64,000 nucleotides of DNA from Eledone cirrhosa (lineage: Eukaryota): positions 24,118,001 to 24,182,000 of the forward strand of contig OZ024755.1 of the NCBI GenBank assembly GCA_964016885.1. The letters run 5' to 3'. The translations under genes and the position numbers were made by a program. Shown piece after piece: positions 56,521-64,000 of the stretch (position 1 is the first letter of the stretch; each line of letters begins with the position of its first letter). Under the pieces are notes generated by a model, which saw only the letters and a program-made list of their open reading frames with translations, ran no database searches and was not told the origin of the DNA.

Positions 56521-56789
56521 CACAAGAGAAATTTCGTAGTGCATGAAATTATATGTACCTGTAATTCGACAAGCCAGCCTTGTCATGTTCAGTGTCACAC
56601 AATCTCCCATAGAACTACATTAAGGGTATGCATATCTGTTGAATGCTCAGCCACTTGCACGTTAATTTGAAAAGCAGGCTGTTCCATTGATCGGATTAAT
56701 TGGAACACTCATCATTGTAACCGACAGAGAGTGCCTTCTTCCTTCGATCCACATTCCGATGAGGATGGAAAGAAGAAGGCACTCTGAAG

Positions 56790-59360
56790 ACACCTTTTAT
56801 TTGAAATCATAGTAATACCTGTCTAAATATTGGATTCACTTTACAAGGATTTGCTACAACATGGTTAGGTCCGACAACATCAACAACACTGAATCGTAGA
56901 AAAACACCAGTGAGAAATGTAAAAAGAACATTTTAGGAGTAGTTACTAAAGAAACCGAAACTATAAATCACTTTTTCTTGGAGTTAAAAATTCAATAACA
57001 ACCACCTCAGTTGGCTATATGAGCAGTATGAAGCAACACTAGGATAAACGGGTGATGTGTTGTTTCCTTGAGCAAGATACTTTATTTCACATTGCTCCAG
57101 TTTACTCAGCTGTAGAAATGAGATGATAGGGACTGGGGTCCCTATCATTCCACTGCAAAGTGGTCGTGGAGGTGCCACGGCAAAAAAGCACCCAGCACTC
57201 ACTGTAAATGAGGTTGGTGTTAGGAAGGGCATCCAGCTGTAGAAATCAAGCTAGAATCAATGTCCGTCCCACCCTTGCAAGCAGGGAAAAGCGGACGTAA
57301 AATGATGATGATGATGATGATGAAACAATTACACCAACAAGCAATATTTATCGTGCGTAAAAATAAACATTATTCAAAACAATAGTGAAAGTGTGAAACC
57401 TCTACAAATAAAAACACTGAGTCATCACTCTCCTAGATCGGACATGCAATCAACATGTGATGCAACAGCCCGTTATGTTACTAGGATGTCTAGTAACCAG
57501 TCTGACCATCAACAACAAACAATAGTAATACACAAATAGTCTCTTGAAACAGCCCTGCCACCAAAACATTTGACACCACGTGTTACTACAAATTCTACCT
57601 CGACTGCTGTATCCCACATCTAAGCGAGGAAACCATCAACGCCATACACAAAGCCATCAGAAGAGAGGGATTCAATATCAAACTACCTCACTCAGGACTT
57701 TGCCTGCGAAGATGCGTCTCCACAAAGCAAGCCCCCAATGAGGATAACAGATGCAGCCTAGCCAATTGCCCTGTCCACAAAACTAATTGTTGCCTACATA
57801 CCTATGTAGTATACAGGCTAGAATGTAATAAGTGCAATCTATTTTACATAGGCAGCACTATTCGACCGTTACATCTCCGTATTAAAGAACATGTTAAAAC
57901 CAACTCCACTTCCTTCAGCAAACACGTCATCAAATGCGGAAACTGGGACAGCATTACCACCACAGTCTTAGCTACCGAACGCAGTATAGGCACGCTGAGA
58001 ATTAAGGAAGCCCTCTTGATCAAGCAATTAAAACCTAGGATCAATAATCGAATGGAAAGAAGTGCACGTTTATTTATCGTTTCGCTTTCGAATCTTCCTC
58101 CAGTATTTCATCGTTTATCATCAAAATATTTTTCTTGTTTTGGTAAGTTATATTGTTAATTTATATATGATTTTTTTAAATTTATATTAACTATTTTTTT
58201 TCAGTTCGTTATAACATGCTTATAATATTGGTTGTATCATATTTACTTGTATATTTGTCCATATTATTGTTCGTTTTATGTTAGATTATTTGATTATTAT
58301 TATGTTAGACTATTTGTATGTAATATTTAATTTTTATTAATTCAACTATAACAATTATTATGTAAAATATATTTATTTAATATTGATTGTTTTTTGTAGT
58401 TGTTTATATTACAAGTCTGAAAATATTTTTATACATCTTACAATAATATTTATAAGATCATTTATAAAATAACAATTATATAATCTAATTACATTACAAC
58501 GATAATTTATTATTAATATATATCATGTTTAACTAGAGTTATTACAAGCGTTGCCTTAAAAAAATATTAAACTAGACCTGAAAAATGCGTAAGCTCAAAA
58601 GAGCCACAGAATGTTATAATAAACCTTCAAAAGTGTGGGACTAGAGTTCATTTTCATTTCATTTTACGTCCGCTTTTTCCCTGCTTGCAAGGGTGGGACG
58701 GGAACTGATTCTGGCTTGATTTCTACAGCTGGATGCCCTTCCTAATACCAACCTCATTTACAGTGAGTGCTGGGTGCTTTTTTGCCGTGGCACCTCCACG
58801 ACCACTTTACAGTGGAATGATAGGGACCCCAGTCCCTATCATCTCATTTCTACAGCTGAGTAAACTGGAGCAATGTGAAATAAAGTGTCTTGCTCAAGGA
58901 AACAACACATCACCCGGTCTGAGAATTGAACTCACAACCTTTCGATTGCAATCCCAATGCTCTAACCACTAAGCCATGTGCCTCCATGAGTTGTTGCTTA
59001 AAAATATTGTAATCATTATCTATCGTACACTCTGTGGCATCCTTTTATAAAAAAGAGACTCATAACGAACTCAAGATGACACAATAATTATTTAAGTGAA
59101 TTTATAATATAGAATTCGGTTTAAGTGCATTTTGTATTAATCATTACTAAACATCTAATATGAGATATTGAACATTAGCTTAAATAATTATCATGTCGTC
59201 TTGAGTTCGTTATGAGTCTCTTTTTTATAACAGGATGCCACAGAGTGTACGATAGATAATGATTACAATATTTTTTAGCAACAACTCTAGTCCCACATTT
59301 TTTGAAGGTTTATTATAACATTCTGTGGCTCTTTTGAGCTTGCGCATTTTTCAGGTCTAG
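56790..59360 (+). mobile_element. Penelope-like retroelement remnant with GIY-YIG endonuclease and inverted terminal repeat, interrupted by two SINEs
   Basis: 57845-58055 reads YIGSTIRPLHLRIKEH..SKHVIKC..LRIKEALLIKQLKPRINNR. An AT-rich 3' region follows; 58572-59081 (minus the SINE) is mirrored at 59193-59360. Confidence 0.75.
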
Positions 59361-59498
59361 CATACATATTAATATATATGTGTATAAATATATGTATATA
59401 TATAATTAATGTTATTACCCCTTATGAAGAAAGCTTTGTTTCTTCCCTTACAGTGGTAGTCTCTTGTAGTAAGAAAAACCAGGAATATGTATGTATGT

Positions 59499-59534
<36 letters not shown>

Positions 59535-61254
59535 ATGAGAGAAGGTGGCACAAACAATAGAGAGAGAGAAAGAGAGAGAGACAGTGAGAGAGAGAGCTTT
59601 CAATATACATGAGTTTTATGCTTGTTATTGTTGAAGTGGAAACATATGTCAACCTATGTGGAGTGGGTGGAGGGAGAAAAGGAGAGAAAAAGAAATTGTT
59701 TCTGTTGTGAATTTTGATACATATGGCTTCGATTAATATTGTCAGAGAAATGCTCTTCAGTGAATTTTCTCATACTTTAGTATAGAAACGTTATCCCATT
59801 ACATTATGCACTCATCAAATATCAACATAAGTCTCTATGCAGTTTCTCAACTTGTTAGAAATAGCAACCAAATATCCTTCAATTTACACCCTACCATCTT
59901 TAAAAAATTGGAAGGACGTATCAAATAACATAGTTCTACATATACCTTAAACCCTTTAGCATTTATATTAGTCTATATTTACTATTGTATTTTCACAGTA
60001 AACACTTTATCTCATAAATATCTTACATAGTATCAAATCTATGAGATTTTGATATTCATTTTGAGTATAATACCCAGTTTAAACAAAAAGAGGTGAGAGA
60101 ATTCTGGCCGGATATGGCTAGTTTAAACGCTAAAGAGTTAAAAGATAAGATGGTCATGGATGGAATGCTTTTGGCTAAAATTGTTATCGATTAAGGTTCC
60201 CCAGAGGCTAAACAAAAATTTATCAAATATCTGTAAAAGTCACAAATATAAAAGAAGCATATGTAAATGTGATATTTGTTGAATACATTTGTAACAAATT
60301 TCTACCTTTACTAAGAGATATATGCAGAAAATGTAATTCCTGAGTACAATCTATATACATATAGTCACATTGATATATTTGCATTTAGATGACTTAACAT
60401 CGTTAAAAGAATATTTATGCAAACAGTAATCCATTTTCAAAAGACATATTAATAAAAATACTTCTGTAAGACAAGCAAGTGAAGCAACATTTTGAAGGCA
60501 AGTTTCTTTCAAAGTGTATAGTTACTATTGCATAGAGTAATTCTATCTCCAGAAAAAGTCAGATTAGATTATCATGGTGAAGAGTTCCTGGCAGTATAAA
60601 AGACATAATTAATTATATCTAAGAATCCTTTAAACAAACAACATCAGAATTTGTTTTATTTGATAACTCTAGATAAGAAAACAGCTATAGCAAATACAGC
60701 CCAGTTGGTTATCTTCGCGTGTGAAATAACACACCTTATAGTATAAAGATTTACTGGCCTTCAAACAGATGCATGGGATAACTATAGGTTAAGATCTATA
60801 GGTTAAGATCTTTTATTTTAGGCCTTATCAGTAATAAATGATATTGATTTACTCTGTGAAAAGCTTAGTGGTGTTGTTATTGCTTTGCCCCAGTTAACAT
60901 TGATCAATCAGATCATGATCAAAAACATTCAAGCTTTTGTTATCCTATCTTTCATTCACTAGATGCTTCTTCATTAACTATGGTAGGGTGTGATTTGAGG
61001 AAGATTTTACTGCTATTTCTGGCAGATTGAGAGACTAAATAGGGACTTCTCATTGTATCATCTTTGTTGCGATGTTACGGACAGTTCACCATCTATGCTG
61101 TGACATGAAAGAGGACTTGTTGCTTTAATTAAGGAATAATAGGATAACTATGGATTAGATTATATTACCTTAATAAAGCCATTGTTTTATTTACGAAAGG
61201 AATTTACGTGCACCTTCTCTATGAATGAATAATGGTTGAAATTTAATAACTTAT

Positions 61255-61900
61255 GACAAAGGTAAGAGATTTAACCAAAATAAATTTCCAGAAATTTTGA
61301 AGGACTTTGGAGCAAAATATGGTGATTTATAGCACCAATGTTAAGTTTATTGTCTAGGCAAAGAACACATGCACAAGTACTTAGCTGAAAAATGAAATGA
61401 AAATATTTATAGGTGTTAATGGAATTCCTTTTTTGGAATTAGAGGACAAAAAGTGATTAGGTGATCTGGCATTTTTAATCAATATTACTATCCTCTTATC
61501 TATTTTTGAAACAACAATGTTAAAATCAGCCTATCACCTCTGTTCTTGTCAATATAAAGAGGTTTTAATCAAGGCTACAATTGTTGGTAAATTAACTGAA
61601 GAAATCTTCCAACACTGAAAGAACTGAAACCAGAATTAATGGTGGATTGGGCTAAATGGTGTTTCAATATTCTGGATCAATTTCGAAAGAGGTTTTAAGA
61701 TTTACAAAACCTTGCTATATGAATTTGCAAAACATTTCTTGATGTGATGCCAGCTGAAGCTACTGTTTCTTTGCAACATAAGTTCATATTTGATATCTCA
61801 ATTTAGTAGTTTATGGAATTCTGGAAATGTATAAGTCCTATTGATTTATAAGTCTCTTTGAAAAATGCATCATTCTTTTTTAAAATGTACCAATGTGAAC
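61255..61900 (+). mobile_element. Decayed hAT transposase (SPIN/Buster/GTF2IRD2-like)
   Basis: GAKYGDL..KNEMKIFI..PFLELEDKK*LGDLAFLINIT..LDQFRKRF*DL resembles EYGDL..PELED..WL.DLAFL.DIT..EF..RF.DF. Confidence 0.7.
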
Positions 61901-64000
61901 AATTTCTTTTCAGCATTAAGTTTAACTAAGAAACACCTCCATGCTGAATTTGTAGATAATATATCTAACTAAAAATTACCACATCATTTATCCCATCTAA
62001 CATCTCTGAGCTTTACAAATCAATAAGGAACCAACTTCCACATTAAAATGGTATCTGATTTAGACACAAGGCCAGCAATTTGAGTGGAGGGAAGTCGATT
62101 AAATCGACCCCCCAGTGCATTACTGGTACTTTATTTTACTGATCCCATAAGGATGCAAGACAAAGTTAACCTTGGCGGGATTTCAACTCAGAACATAAAG
62201 GGCTGTAACTATGCCATCTACGCCACAAAGCATGTTGCCCGAGGCTCTACCAATACTGCTAATACAATATAAAAAGTATCAATATTTCAAAAACATAATA
62301 CTCTGTAGTATCTTTGGTTTGTCAGTATTTAAAGCATTAGAACTACCTGTTTAATTAAGGAATACCCACCTCTATGTTAGACAGAAATTTATTAATACAT
62401 ATAGTAGATTAAATGTGAAATTCTTTGGAGGAAATAGCACATGAAAGATCAGCTTTGCAGCAATAAATTTTTATTACTAGCTTTAACTACACTGTGTCAG
62501 CATGCTACCACACCTGATGTTGTTTATATTACATTTGTGACTACATAATATTGATTTCTATCAACTAGGAAGCAAACCCATGGAATTTCAAGTTGAAACA
62601 TAATATAACAATATTATCAACTGCAAAAATTGAAGACAATATGAAGAGCTCTTCACCTCTGATATCAATATCTATATTATAATATGAGAGATCTGTCTGT
62701 TTATCTATCCATCCATTCCTCAGTCTGTCATGCTCATTTTATATAGAGAGGGAGGAACGCTAAGTGAAAGAGATATACATAGATAGATTTCTTTATTAGC
62801 CACAAGGGCGCAACAAGAAAAGGGGACAATACAAAGACATGCCGGGGATTTTACATACAGTCGTGTAAAAAATATAAAAACAAACAATTTCAACAATCGA
62901 AATCCCCAATAGGGGGGGAGGCGCCACAAATGGGTTGTTTAATACCCCGTCGATAGAACAACCCTCAACTCCAGGAGCGTGTTGTGCAAGTGCTCCTTTC
63001 TTCCTTTTGCTCTCTTCCTCAACCTACAGGCTTATAAACAGAGAATGCCCAATCACATAGAGAGAGAAAAGGGAATGCCGTGTGACAGAAAGAGGTAGAT
63101 AGACAGAAGGTTATGATATTTCCTTCATCTATATATATAGAGAGAGGGAGCACCAAGTGAAAGAGATGTACATAGATAGAGAGAGAAAAGAAACGTCATT
63201 TGTTTAGAGAGTGTGTGTATGACAGATCTAGTTGTAACAAAAGAAAACTGTTTCTTTAATTTTCACATATTTTAATTAATTCTTTTTCAAATCACAATTA
63301 AAGAAAAATATCATTGTTGGTTGCAAGTTTCTGATATGCCAATTACTGGTACACTGAATATACTGGACCTCATATTCACTTTTGTAAATATGGTTGGTGG
63401 TTGGCATTCGGAAGGGCATCCAGCTGTAGAAACCAAGCCAGAAACAATTCTGAGTAAGCAAGACACAGTCACCTGACCCAACATGCCCCAAACGGGACAG
63501 CCCATCTAACCCATGCTAGCGAGGAAAAATGGACATTAAACAGTGATGATGATATTGAGTATATAACTGAATTCATCCAAATATCTTATGAGCGTTCATT
63601 ATGTTTGTCCTGGAAGAACAATCCTAAGATTTGAACTCACAAGCATGAGATGCCGTGCTTTATGTTACAAAGGACCTAGTTTAGTTTTCTTTTTTATTGT
63701 CACATGTTTCTAATGTGGGGAGGGTTGGATTTAGACTTTAGGGAGCCCAGGGCACTTCAGGTTTAGAGCAAACCCCTCTTACACAAAAAGTTAGAATACA
63801 CAGCAACCCCCCGCCCCAATTTTACATATCAAAGTTAGCTTGTCACAAGTAATTGGAATTGAAAAGTTATACCTTCAAAAATTATAACCATCCTAAAAGT
63901 AGAAAGCCCAGCTGAGGGCACAAATAAATTACTATGGCTGTTGGTGGTAAGGCTCCCCACTGCAGGGGCCTGGACCAATTGCCCCCTTTGCCCCCCCATT

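Overview
AT-rich, repeat-dense eukaryotic DNA. The SINE families and microsatellite load point to an octopod cephalopod (inferred). The only host gene I can support is on the minus strand: four phase-compatible GT-AG exons (14717-14825, 10309-10384, 6993-7145, 5397-5570) encoding an F-BAR domain most like the N-terminus of invertebrate Stac-like (SH3 and cysteine-rich) proteins. The rest of that gene lies left of base 1, and its 5' exons are uncertain. A ~10.9 kb satellite of a 22-bp unit (TTCAGCTACTGTTTACATCGAC, ~495 copies, 24483-35391) dominates the centre and causes all the giant + strand ORFs; its consensus unit carries a forkhead-type TGTTTAC motif and a CpG. The remainder is decayed transposons: two tRNA-derived SINE families, RTE, CR1/L2, Tx1, CRE, Hero/NeSL and R4-like LINE pieces, Penelope-like elements with minimal hammerhead ribozyme motifs and long fold-backs, piggyBac-type MITEs, a DD37D (maT) element and hAT remnants. 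Family assignments come from motif recognition by eye, not database searches, and most repeat boundaries are approximate.
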